Origin: Promethearchaeota archaeon
GTDB taxonomy: Archaea; Asgardarchaeota; Lokiarchaeia; Sigyniarchaeales; SOKP01
DNA length: 30,019 bases
Reading direction: 5' to 3'
NCBI GenBank assembly: GCA_048938025.1
Contig: JBHLMP010000012.1
Span: 43,137-73,155, forward strand
Numbering within the stretch: position 1 is the first letter of the stretch; the number at the start of each line of letters is the position of its first letter. The notes beneath the pieces were generated by a model. It worked only from the letters and a program-made list of their open reading frames with translations, was not told the origin of the DNA and ran no database searches. This document shows, piece after piece, positions 16,345-25,420 of this stretch. The position numbers were made by a program, and so were the translations under genes.

Positions 16345-19300
16345 CTTTCGGCACCTTCATTGCTTTATAACGAAAATATTGTTCCATTTTAGAATCCATT
16401 TGTTTTAATTCCTGAATTGAATTCTTACCCATTTCTTCTTCTATTTTTTCAAACAGTTTATCTATATTTAGATTAGTAAATATTGAAAAACTGATATTTG
16501 CTTTATTTTCTAAAACTTTTTCTATACCTTCAACTAGTTCAAGTCGAGCAATTATATTCTCTTTTGGCTCCCTAAAAGTAATTTCAATCGATCTACCTTT
16601 TCCTGGTAAAGTAGCTAAAAGGTTTTTTGGTTCTCCAAAATCGATCATTCCACGTTTTCGACCAAATATAGCAACAAGATTACAAAATCGGGATTCTTCA
16701 GGATAGTGAGTAATCACAACTAACGTAGTTTTAAATTGCTCATTGATTTTAGTTAAAACTAACCATAAGTTCTCTCTAACTACTGGGTCTAAACCTGATG
16801 TAGGCTCATCTAATATAAGAAACGTTGGTGAATGTATTAATCCAATTGCAATGCTAACACGTCTTTTTTGCCCACCAGAAAGGTCTTTGACTAATTCATT
16901 CATTTTATCTTCTATTTCTAAGCTACGCAAAATTCTCTTAGATCTACTAATAATTTCTTTTTCTGAAAGACCATAACGACTTCCAAAATATAATAAATTC
17001 TCCAAAGTTGTAAAATTATGATAGATTTTTCCTAAATCTTGTGGCACATATCCATATATAGGTCTAATTCTTCTTGACGATCTTTTATTCATATCCATTC
17101 CATAAATTTGACAAAAACCTCTAATTTTTCTCATACCAAGTAAACCTTTTACGAACGTAGATTTACCGGCACCACTCTCTCCTAGAATTCCTAATATTTT
17201 ACCATGTTTTACATTCATAGAAACAGAATCAACAATTAATTTTCCTCCTGCATAAATACTTAGGTTTTCACAATTAATGGCTGGAAACTTTTGCAAATAA
17301 GAAATATTAAGCTTTCCTCCAATACCCAATGTTAATCTTATCCTTTGTGGTATTGAAAGTCTTTGATATAATTTTAACAAAATGAATAAACCAATTCCAG
17401 CAATTTCTGCTATTAAAATATATGTTAATAATTGACTCCAGGGTTTAGAATCAAAGCTCTGGTCATACTGTAATTCATCCACAATAATTATACCATAAGC
17501 TATATTTCTTAAATCTCCTCCAAATCCAGGATTATCTCCAATTCCTCCAGTATTTAAACTAATGCATTGAATAAACCAATTTAAAGTATTTTCAATATTT
17601 TCTGGTTGGAACCTATAATCATAAAGTGCTTTTGCTCCAATATAAGTTATTAAAAATGTTGATGGTAAAGATAAATAACTCCCTAGGGCAGGCAGAACTG
17701 AAAAAGAACCATCAAGAGTTTGTGCATTTTTTAGAAATTCGATGGCGGATATTTTAGACATTGGTTCGGAATGTAGCAATTCAGTAAATATTTCAAGTCC
17801 ATAATAGGTTGAAATTACATCACTATAAAATCCAACATATAGCGAAAACCCACCATCAGGATTTTGACATGATCTCATCCAATGAGTAAGATTATTATAA
17901 TCGATATGATTTACTCCACCGAGTATTTTCAATGAAGTTAAAGCCCAATATGTACTTTCAACAGTTGAGATATTCGCATTAATTAAATACAAAAATACTT
18001 TATACAATGGTCCAAACATAGAGAGAATTATTTCAACATCTCCACCTATGCTAAACCCTCCATCAGGATTTTGGAGATCAACTAAATACCTTTTTGTATT
18101 ATTAATTGTAGAGGAATCAAGCCATTCATTAGTGAAAGGACGAAGCATTTTGTAGATATTCAGTCCACAATAGGTTGAAAAAAGTGTTGCATTTTCTCCA
18201 GGATTGGATGCAAATCCTCGATTATATTGATTATAACATTGGTTAACGAAAAATGTAATATTATTTAGTATATCCTCATTAATGATTTCCTCATTTATTG
18301 TTCCATACAATATTTTTGGATTATATTTATAAAGCGCTAAAATTCCAAAATAATTCGCTTGAATAGTAGTCCGACCAAATAAAGAATTTTTACCTTGAAA
18401 ATAATGAAGCCAATCATAATACCTAAGAATTATATCGTTGATCCCGGAAAAATTCGTTAAATTGTCTTCTCTTAGAATATCGATTGCTTTTATAGCAGCC
18501 CATCCAGATTTAAAGTTTGAATTGTCATCAGGATGTAAGCCAAAACCTCCATCTGAGCTTGAACAATCAAGTATATAAGATAAAGTTTTTGTATCGTTGA
18601 AAAATGTGGGTTTTGGTAATCCTAATACTCTTAATGAGGAAAGCGCATAATATGTTGATTGGACATCGGAAAATCCCCCTATGATGCTAGCAAATCCTCC
18701 ATCGATGATGTTATAAAGTGAATTATAGTATCCCCAAATAGCAGTTTGTTCACTAGCTGTATAACTCATATTCAACCCTAAAAATGCTTTGATTCCATAA
18801 TATGTTGTTTCTGCTGTTGCGATACTTAAAACAGTGTCTGTTAATTTGTAACTACCAGCAAGCCATGTTGAATTGATGAAATTTGAAATGTTATCATTAT
18901 CAATGATAAATTCAGCATTTAAGGTGTTTGCTAAATCAATAGCCATTGATGTAGAAATTATATCAGATTCATTTAGAAAGGGTAATGCCATGAATCCTTC
19001 TCCATTATCTTTCAATGAAACATTTAAATAATTAATAATATTATCTGTGTCTCCCTGCTGTATTTTTCGAGTTAAATAAGATTTATTAGCAATCTCTAAA
19101 GTTTTTAAAGCGTTATAAGTGGAAATCATGTTACCAAGTCCAGCTACATCTGAATATGACCCATCTATATTTTGTTTTTCAAATATGTAATCAAAAAATA
19201 TATTTGGTTTGTATGCTTTAATGTATATATTTGAAATGTTATTTGGGTTTATTAAATTGGAAGAAGAAATACTCGCAAAAGAAAAATTTATTGAGTCAAT

Positions 19301-19531
19301 TGCTCTGAAATTTGAATCTAAATTCGGTTCGATGAATAATCCCTGCTCATTTTGATGCGTCCATGTAAAAAAAACAGCATTGTCTTTAATGAATTGAACT
19401 TCATGATCCTCTATATATGAAATGTAACGAACGTTCACTAGAACTAAAGAAAGACTTGTAATACCAATGAGAATGCTCATTAATAATAAGTTTCTCAAGT
19501 TTCGCTTGTTTTTACGGCTTAAATTAATTAT
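16331..19531 (-). CDS. Fusion protein: N-terminal TM/signal, extracellular prenyltransferase/squalene-oxidase repeat barrel(s), TM helix, intact ABC ATPase (start ATA 19531 or ATT 19528 by SD; TTG 19498 in the ORF track)
   Basis: About 9-10 Q/N-x-D-G-G-F...STYY/WAL repeats; many N-x-S/T sequons; TM LLTYILIAEIAGIGLFILL; Walker A GESGAGKS, Q-loop GYVPQ, LSGGQ, Walker B LILDEP, H-loop ITH. Confidence 0.88.
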   Translation of the reverse strand: MINLSRKNKRNLRNLLLMSILIGITSLSLVLVNVRYISYIEDHEVQFIKDNAVFFTWTHQNEQGLFIEPNLDSNFRAIDSINFSFASISSSNLINPNNISNIYIKAYKPNIFFDYIFEKQNIDGSYSDVAGLGNMISTYNALKTLEIANKSYLTRKIQQGDTDNIINYLNVSLKDNGEGFMALPFLNESDIISTSMAIDLANTLNAEFIIDNDNISNFINSTWLAGSYKLTDTVLSIATAETTYYGIKAFLGLNMSYTASEQTAIWGYYNSLYNIIDGGFASIIGGFSDVQSTYYALSSLRVLGLPKPTFFNDTKTLSYILDCSSSDGGFGLHPDDNSNFKSGWAAIKAIDILREDNLTNFSGINDIILRYYDWLHYFQGKNSLFGRTTIQANYFGILALYKYNPKILYGTINEEIINEDILNNITFFVNQCYNQYNRGFASNPGENATLFSTYCGLNIYKMLRPFTNEWLDSSTINNTKRYLVDLQNPDGGFSIGGDVEIILSMFGPLYKVFLYLINANISTVESTYWALTSLKILGGVNHIDYNNLTHWMRSCQNPDGGFSLYVGFYSDVISTYYGLEIFTELLHSEPMSKISAIEFLKNAQTLDGSFSVLPALGSYLSLPSTFLITYIGAKALYDYRFQPENIENTLNWFIQCISLNTGGIGDNPGFGGDLRNIAYGIIIVDELQYDQSFDSKPWSQLLTYILIAEIAGIGLFILLKLYQRLSIPQRIRLTLGIGGKLNISYLQKFPAINCENLSIYAGGKLIVDSVSMNVKHGKILGILGESGAGKSTFVKGLLGMRKIRGFCQIYGMDMNKRSSRRIRPIYGYVPQDLGKIYHNFTTLENLLYFGSRYGLSEKEIISRSKRILRSLEIEDKMNELVKDLSGGQKRRVSIAIGLIHSPTFLILDEPTSGLDPVVRENLWLVLTKINEQFKTTLVVITHYPEESRFCNLVAIFGRKRGMIDFGEPKNLLATLPGKGRSIEITFREPKENIIARLELVEGIEKVLENKANISFSIFTNLNIDKLFEKIEEEMGKNSIQELKQMDSKMEQYFRYKAMKVPKVEKL

Positions 19532-20547
19532 TTCTTAATCACCTTCATTGTCTTTAAATTCTTTTCTTTTTCTTCCTCCTTTTGAATCCTAATTTGAAAA
19601 TATCTTCTAAAAGAAGCAAAATCTTTACTCATTGAATTAATTTTTATGTCATTCTTAACCATATATTGAATTAATTTTGATAGATTTTCCTCAAAATCAT
19701 CCATTAGGACCTCAATTTCTTCATTTCCAACCCTTAATAATGTTTTAATAGCTGAGAATTGTTTAATATATTCAATTAGCTCTTCATTTAAATGTTCAAT
19801 TGTAAATCTTGCGACTAATCCATTACTCGGTAATGATGATATTAACTTTTGAGGTGTATCAAACTCTAACAATTTTCCTTCCCTTAAAATCGCTGCTTTA
19901 TCACATATCAATGCTGCTTCAAGGTCATGAGTTATAATAAACATGGTAGTATTTAATGTTTGATTTAGCTTTTTCAGGTACGTAAGAATATCGTATCGTT
20001 TACTTGCATCTACACCTGTAGTTGGTTCATCAAGGAATAAAACACTTGGTCTGTGAATTAGTCCAAGTGCCATTGAAAGACGTTTCTTTTCACCCCCACT
20101 CATGTGTTTAACTCGCTTTTTCCATGTATCTTCAGGGAGGTCAAGAATCTTAAATAAACTCTTGGCAGTTTCTATTGCTTCTTTTTTATTCTTGCCATAA
20201 GTTGAAGTAAAAACTTCAACATTATCAAATGGACTTAAATCAAAATATAAATTTAGTAACTCTAATTGAGGTACATAGCCAATATTAGTCAATATTAATG
20301 AATGATTAGATTTTTTTGCTGGAGATAAATCAGTTACCTTTACATTACCAGTCCAATTTTTTTTTTCTATTTGACATGTTAATACTCTAACTATTGTTGT
20401 CTTTCCTGCTCCTGAGATTCCGAATAATCCAATAATCTCTCCCTGATTCACATCAAAGTTAACGTCATGAATAATATGTTTTTCACCAAATTTTACATTT
20501 AAATCTTTGACATCCACCATTGTTTTCTGTGATTTCGATGAATTAAT
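19528..20547 (-). CDS. ABC-2 type transporter ATP-binding subunit (ATT at 20547 by SD; ATG at 20520 in the ORF track)
   Basis: Walker A GISGAGKT, GYVPQ, MSGGE, LFLDEP, ITHD, plus a C-terminal regulatory domain. Confidence 0.93.
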   Translation of the reverse strand: MNSSKSQKTMVDVKDLNVKFGEKHIIHDVNFDVNQGEIIGLFGISGAGKTTIVRVLTCQIEKKNWTGNVKVTDLSPAKKSNHSLILTNIGYVPQLELLNLYFDLSPFDNVEVFTSTYGKNKKEAIETAKSLFKILDLPEDTWKKRVKHMSGGEKKRLSMALGLIHRPSVLFLDEPTTGVDASKRYDILTYLKKLNQTLNTTMFIITHDLEAALICDKAAILREGKLLEFDTPQKLISSLPSNGLVARFTIEHLNEELIEYIKQFSAIKTLLRVGNEEIEVLMDDFEENLSKLIQYMVKNDIKINSMSKDFASFRRYFQIRIQKEEEKEKNLKTMKVIKK

Positions 20548-20550
20548 TTT

Positions 20551-21783
20551 TTACACCTCATATTTTCTTCTTCTGAAGATTACAAAAGAAATTATCACTA
20601 ATATTAGACTAATTATAAATAACCAAAAGAAATGCATACCAATTACAGGCTGACCTTTTGTAATAATTCCTCTGATCATAGGATCTCCATGAGATAAGGG
20701 TAGAATATATGCAAAAAATTGTAAAAAAGAAGGCATATTTTCAATAGGAATGAATATACCACTTAATAATACTATAACAAGATAGAAAGCGAGAAATAAT
20801 TGATTAGCCTGTGTTTTTGTCTTACTCTGTGAGCTAATAAAAATACCCAATGATACTCCAGAAAATCCAATGATGAATAATGCTATAAATAAATCTACTA
20901 TATTGCCTGCCAGATATAATCCCATAGCCAAACTACTAATTACTAATAAAGTAACCTGAAGTAATAATACAAGCATATATGCTATATATTTTGAGGTTAG
21001 AATTTCAGATCTTTTTAGAGGAGTAAGTAAAAGTCGTGCGACTGGTTTCTCTTGAACGATTACTAAAATAGATAACACAAATGCAATCCCAAAAACCATG
21101 AAAGATAGAGCCATAACTATACTAGAATTGAATGAACTGCTATAACCCTCCGGAATAGTAAATTCTTCAAATCCTTGGACCTCAAATTGAGGAGTTAGAT
21201 TCGTATCATTTATAAATATTTTAATTGAATCATAGACCGCATTTAGACTCTGTTGAATATATAGAATATTTGAAGCATCAAGAATACAATCGATTAATCC
21301 GGGAAGACCCCATTCTAACATTTCAGAAAAACCAACTGGTATTGATAAAATAATTCTAATAGATCCAGAAATTAAATCCTCTCTTGCTTGTTCCATAGCA
21401 TAAATTTCTTCTGTTGCATTATAGAACCGAACCAAATCAAGTAACTCTGATTTATTCACGGCATTTACATAGGGTATAGTATAATGATCTAATTTTGATT
21501 CTACAAGATCATTTTCATTAATAAATGTATTAGAATCATATGATACTACTACACAGGGAATAGATTGTAGTTGACTCGAATCATCGGTCATTGTAAAACC
21601 TAACATAACTATTATTAAAGGGGGCATCACTATTGCTAACATTATATTAAATTTATCAGCCCACAAAAGTTGAAATTCTTTTTTGACTTGTTTTACGATT
21701 CTAAGAATACTCAGTTTTAAATTTATAATTTTATTACTGAATTTTTTAAAATTTAATCTTAAAGATTTCTTCTTAAATCTCAC
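20551..21783 (-). CDS. ABC-2 type permease (YbhR/YhhJ-like) with a large extracytoplasmic loop
   Basis: KKEF..DK N-terminal motif, TM1, large loop, ARLLLTPLKRSEILTSK, LSGIFIP..MP..LPLSH. GTG start with a GAGGT SD. Confidence 0.92.
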   Translation of the reverse strand: MRFKKKSLRLNFKKFSNKIINLKLSILRIVKQVKKEFQLLWADKFNIMLAIVMPPLIIVMLGFTMTDDSSQLQSIPCVVVSYDSNTFINENDLVESKLDHYTIPYVNAVNKSELLDLVRFYNATEEIYAMEQAREDLISGSIRIILSIPVGFSEMLEWGLPGLIDCILDASNILYIQQSLNAVYDSIKIFINDTNLTPQFEVQGFEEFTIPEGYSSSFNSSIVMALSFMVFGIAFVLSILVIVQEKPVARLLLTPLKRSEILTSKYIAYMLVLLLQVTLLVISSLAMGLYLAGNIVDLFIALFIIGFSGVSLGIFISSQSKTKTQANQLFLAFYLVIVLLSGIFIPIENMPSFLQFFAYILPLSHGDPMIRGIITKGQPVIGMHFFWLFIISLILVIISFVIFRRRKYEV

Positions 21784-21787
21784 TATA

Positions 21788-22942
21788 TTATACCTCTAAT
21801 TTCTTAAACATGTAAATGATGTAAGCTAATATAATATAAATCAAAGAACTTAAATTAAGCCAAAAAAGATTATATAAATTTGGAAATAATCCTTTTAATG
21901 TTATATCGGTTATCAGTGGAACTGCATTTGATAGCGGGAGTAAATTTATAAAAATTTGTGCCCCTTGCAAATCAGTATTTAAAGGAAGAATATTTCCAGA
22001 AAAAAGGATTATCACAATAAACATAATTATATACATTTGATTTGCACTTTGCTCTGTTGGGCTTAAAGTTGAAATAAATAACCCAATGCAAATCCCGCAA
22101 AAACCAATCATTATTAGAACCAAAAAAAGAAAAAACAATGAACCTAAACTATATAATCCAAAGAATGATACCATAACAAATATCTCAGCTGATTGAAGTA
22201 GCATAATCATCGAATTCGCAATCAATTTACTCAAAATTATCTCTCTTTTAGCTGTTGGAGTTACAAGCATTCTTGGAAGTGGACCCTCAGCAACGATTGA
22301 GAGCGAGGTTAAATTCATAGTAGTTCCAAGAATTATAATGGGTAAAATTAATGGAATAGCGTAATTTAAAATAGCTGATTCCCAAAAGGGAACATCAAAT
22401 TCTAAATATGGAACCATCATTGTAAAATTGGCAATCATGCCTGTTTCTGCCCGAAATAAAGCAATAGGCTCTTGTATGGCAACTTCAATAGCTGTTATTG
22501 CAGCAAGATCAGATGCATCAATATAATAAATTAGAACTGGGCTAATCTTATTTTCAACGGATTCTGAAAAATTTGCTGGCAGAATTATGATTATGTGTAT
22601 ATCGCCATTTTTTAGGAAATTATAACAATTATGGTATGCATTATCAAATTCTTCTGAATTGGTTGCATTATAATATCTATAAAGGTCCCAAGATGAGGTA
22701 TTATATTGCATTATTGATATGAAGGTATCATCATATTTAGAGGAATTATTAGGAAAATCGTCATATGTAGGCATATCATCACAAGTTATAATAGCAGATG
22801 AAAAAAATTTTGTAATGCCTACTCCGGTTGTTAGACCAAATACAACAATTAAAATAATAGGAATTACAAACAACAACAATAATGTCCTTTTATCTGATCT
22901 GATTCTACCAAATTCTTTTCTAACTAATCCGCCTAAATACAT
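21788..22942 (-). CDS. ABC-2 type permease (YbhS/YhhJ-like), paralogue of the downstream permease
   Basis: RKEFGRIRSDKR, TM1, large loop with sequons, RMLVTP...EIILSK, FSGNILP..LLPLS. Confidence 0.92.
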   Translation of the reverse strand: MYLGGLVRKEFGRIRSDKRTLLLLFVIPIILIVVFGLTTGVGITKFFSSAIITCDDMPTYDDFPNNSSKYDDTFISIMQYNTSSWDLYRYYNATNSEEFDNAYHNCYNFLKNGDIHIIIILPANFSESVENKISPVLIYYIDASDLAAITAIEVAIQEPIALFRAETGMIANFTMMVPYLEFDVPFWESAILNYAIPLILPIIILGTTMNLTSLSIVAEGPLPRMLVTPTAKREIILSKLIANSMIMLLQSAEIFVMVSFFGLYSLGSLFFLFLVLIMIGFCGICIGLFISTLSPTEQSANQMYIIMFIVIILFSGNILPLNTDLQGAQIFINLLPLSNAVPLITDITLKGLFPNLYNLFWLNLSSLIYIILAYIIYMFKKLEV

Positions 22943-23199
22943 TATATAAGGATTTTAAGGATTTATTCTATACTTAGTTTGCAAAAATTTCATTTATAAT
23001 AAAAATTATTAAGATCTTGTTATTAAAAATTTATTCTCAAAACTGACAAAATTTCAAAATCTTTTACTTGTTGATTTTTTTCTTTAGACTTAATTGTCAT
23101 TGTTGTGTTTTTCTGTTTACATAATCTCAATCTTTAATTTCAATAAACAATGTTATTATATATCGTATATTTATTTGATATCATCAACCAAACACTATT

Positions 23200-24600
23200 A
23201 TGAGAGAACTGAACGTTTTTTTTGAACCTAAAACAGTAGCAATAATTGGAGCTTCAGACCAATTTAGATTTGGCTATGCAACTACAAATTATCTATTAAA
23301 CTCAAAATTCAAGACATATCCCGTCAACATAAAAAAAGATAAAATACTCGGGCATAAAGCTTATAAGAATATTAAAGATATCCCTGATGAGATAGATCTA
23401 GCAATTATATTAATAGGAAATGATTATGTCTTAGATTCTGTAAAAGATTGCATAGAAAAGGGAGTAAAAGGGATAGTTATCGAATCGGCGGGGTTTGCTG
23501 AGACAGGAATAGAAAAATATATTGCTATTCAAAATGAAATAACAAAATTAGCAAAAGAATCACAAATTAGAATTATCGGACCAAATTGTATAGGAGTTAC
23601 AAACTTCTATAATGAATTTACGACTGCTGATATGGCTTTTGACCAAACAATAAAAGGTTCTGTATCTATTGTGGCACAATCAGGAGTATTGGGGAACATT
23701 TTCATTGATTGGGCTACAGATCAAGGAATTGGTTTATCAAAAGCGATTACAATCGGTAATAAAGTTGATGTTGATGAAGTAGATATGTTAGAATATTTAA
23801 TTGAAGATCCTGAGACTAAAGTTATAACCATTTATCTTGAGGGCACAAAACGGGGTAAAGATTTATTGAAAACTCTTAAACAATCAAAAAAGCCTATTTT
23901 AATTCTCAAAAATGGAAGAAGTGAAATTGGTTCAAATGCAGTTAAAAGTCATACTGGTTCTTTAGCTGGGAATGATCAATTCTATGATGCACTTTTTAAA
24001 CAACATCCAACAGTTTTTCGAGTTAATAACTTTTATGAAATGCTTAATATAGCTCAAGTTTTTGCCACACAACCGTTACCAAAAGGAAAAAATATCGCTA
24101 TAATCACTGGTTCAGGAAGTTTAGGAGCTTTAGCCTGTGATGAGATTGAAAAACAAGGATTAACTCTCGCAAATTTAAGTAAAGACACTATTAGCCAAAT
24201 TAAAAAGGTAATCCCAAACTGGGTTTCGATAAATGCAACAATCGATTTAGGACCCTCACTCTTTCAAACATTAATACCATCACTTAAAGCTGTTTTTAAA
24301 GATGAAAATGTCAATAGTATCTTATTCATATTTTCTGTCCCTCGTTGGCCACTACAAATGTTCAATATCTCACCAGAATTATTTTTTGATCAGATGAAAC
24401 ACCTTTCTAAGGAGTATGATAAACCAGTGATCTGTGTGTGCTTTGGCTCTCGATGGACTTTTGAGTATCTTAAAAAAGCAGCACTTTCTCCACAATCAGA
24501 AATAAGAATTCCAATCATGATACGTATAAAACATGCGATTAAAGCTTTTAAAATGATGTATGAATTTAATCTACATTCAACATCGAATCGTACAAGTTAA
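23200..24600 (+). CDS. acdA: Acetate/acyl-CoA ligase (ADP-forming) alpha subunit / CoA-binding protein
   Basis: FFEPKTVAIIGAS CoA-binding start, SAGFAETG, RIIGPNCIG, AQSG, GNKVD, IYLEG, phospho-His motif SHTGSLAG. Confidence 0.88.
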   Translation: MRELNVFFEPKTVAIIGASDQFRFGYATTNYLLNSKFKTYPVNIKKDKILGHKAYKNIKDIPDEIDLAIILIGNDYVLDSVKDCIEKGVKGIVIESAGFAETGIEKYIAIQNEITKLAKESQIRIIGPNCIGVTNFYNEFTTADMAFDQTIKGSVSIVAQSGVLGNIFIDWATDQGIGLSKAITIGNKVDVDEVDMLEYLIEDPETKVITIYLEGTKRGKDLLKTLKQSKKPILILKNGRSEIGSNAVKSHTGSLAGNDQFYDALFKQHPTVFRVNNFYEMLNIAQVFATQPLPKGKNIAIITGSGSLGALACDEIEKQGLTLANLSKDTISQIKKVIPNWVSINATIDLGPSLFQTLIPSLKAVFKDENVNSILFIFSVPRWPLQMFNISPELFFDQMKHLSKEYDKPVICVCFGSRWTFEYLKKAALSPQSEIRIPIMIRIKHAIKAFKMMYEFNLHSTSNRTS

Positions 24601-24667
24601 ACTTATTTTTCACGATTTTTAATAATCTAACCTAATTTTAAGAAAAATATCTAGATTAACATTTCTA

Positions 24668-24695
24668 AAAAATCGGACTCCAAAAATCGGACTCC
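24668..24695. repeat. Perfect 14-bp tandem direct repeat upstream of the zinc-ribbon gene
   Basis: AAAAATCGGACTCC occurs twice head-to-tail (24668-24681, 24682-24695). It is GC-rich relative to the flanks. Confidence 0.85.
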
Positions 24696-24767
24696 AAATT
24701 TTTTTTAATTCATTTTCGACACTTTCTAATTAAGTAAAAATAAATTTAAAATCTGAAGTGATAAAGA

Positions 24768-25274
24768 ATGGATGTTAATGTTTTTGGTGTCCCTTTGCAA
24801 GAGATTGTAGATTGGTTCTTAGCACAACCATTATATGGTCAAATCTTAGTATTAATAGGTGTTGTTGCTGTTTTAGTACTTGCTGTAATTGTAGCTTATT
24901 ATGTAATAAAAGGGGTTGCCTATTTGGTATATTACCTCCTTAAAGGGATTTATTATCTCTTAAAAGGTATAGGACTTCTCTTTTATAAGCTTTGTGAAGC
25001 AATCTATTATGCAATTTCAGGAAAAGAAAAACCTAATGCTAATAAGCAGGAACAACAAGAAGCTGAATTAATTCAGCAACCAGTTCAACAGTTATCTCAA
25101 CCAAAACCTCAAAAAATTATTCAAATTGTTGACCCTGAAGCAACTTTTTGTACAGAATGCGGAAAGGAATTTTCTGCTGGTATGGCTCAACAATTACATG
25201 ACAAAGGTCTTGTTTATTGCGTACATTGTGGAAAGGGATTTAAATCAAACTATATGCAAATTGAAGGTCAATAA
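24768..25274 (+). CDS. Membrane-anchored zinc-ribbon protein
   Basis: N-terminal TM, repeated YYxxKG(V/I) helical units, Q/P-rich linker, C-terminal FCTECG..YCVHCG; AGTGAT SD. Confidence 0.75.
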   Translation: MDVNVFGVPLQEIVDWFLAQPLYGQILVLIGVVAVLVLAVIVAYYVIKGVAYLVYYLLKGIYYLLKGIGLLFYKLCEAIYYAISGKEKPNANKQEQQEAELIQQPVQQLSQPKPQKIIQIVDPEATFCTECGKEFSAGMAQQLHDKGLVYCVHCGKGFKSNYMQIEGQ

Positions 25275-25293
25275 TTTTTTTCTTTTTTTTTTT
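25275..25293 (+). terminator. Oligo-T terminator
   Basis: A T-run (tttttttctttttttttt) follows the stop codon immediately. Confidence 0.55.
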
Positions 25294-25420
25294 AAGAAAT
25301 TCCTTAATTTTTCAAGAATAAAATAGGAATAAATTTCTATTTTATTGTAGGAGAGGAAAGATTAAAATACCTAATTAATCATATTATATTCTAACTACAT
25401 TTTATCTAGAGTTTAAGAAT

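Noticed and set aside
14311-16976. Short plus-strand ORFs 14311, 15158 and 16743
   Set aside because: Antisense shadows of operon genes.
16331-19531. Call as a true protein farnesyl/geranylgeranyl transferase beta subunit or squalene-hopene cyclase
   Set aside because: The D-x-C zinc motif and the DxDD motif are not seen, no alpha subunit is nearby, and the domain is predicted to be extracellular.
22948-22964. AAGGATTT x2 just upstream of the ABC operon
   Set aside because: An 8-bp AT-rich repeat is plausible by chance at this base composition.
24668-24695. CRISPR array
   Set aside because: Only two adjacent 14-bp units, with no spacers and no cas genes.
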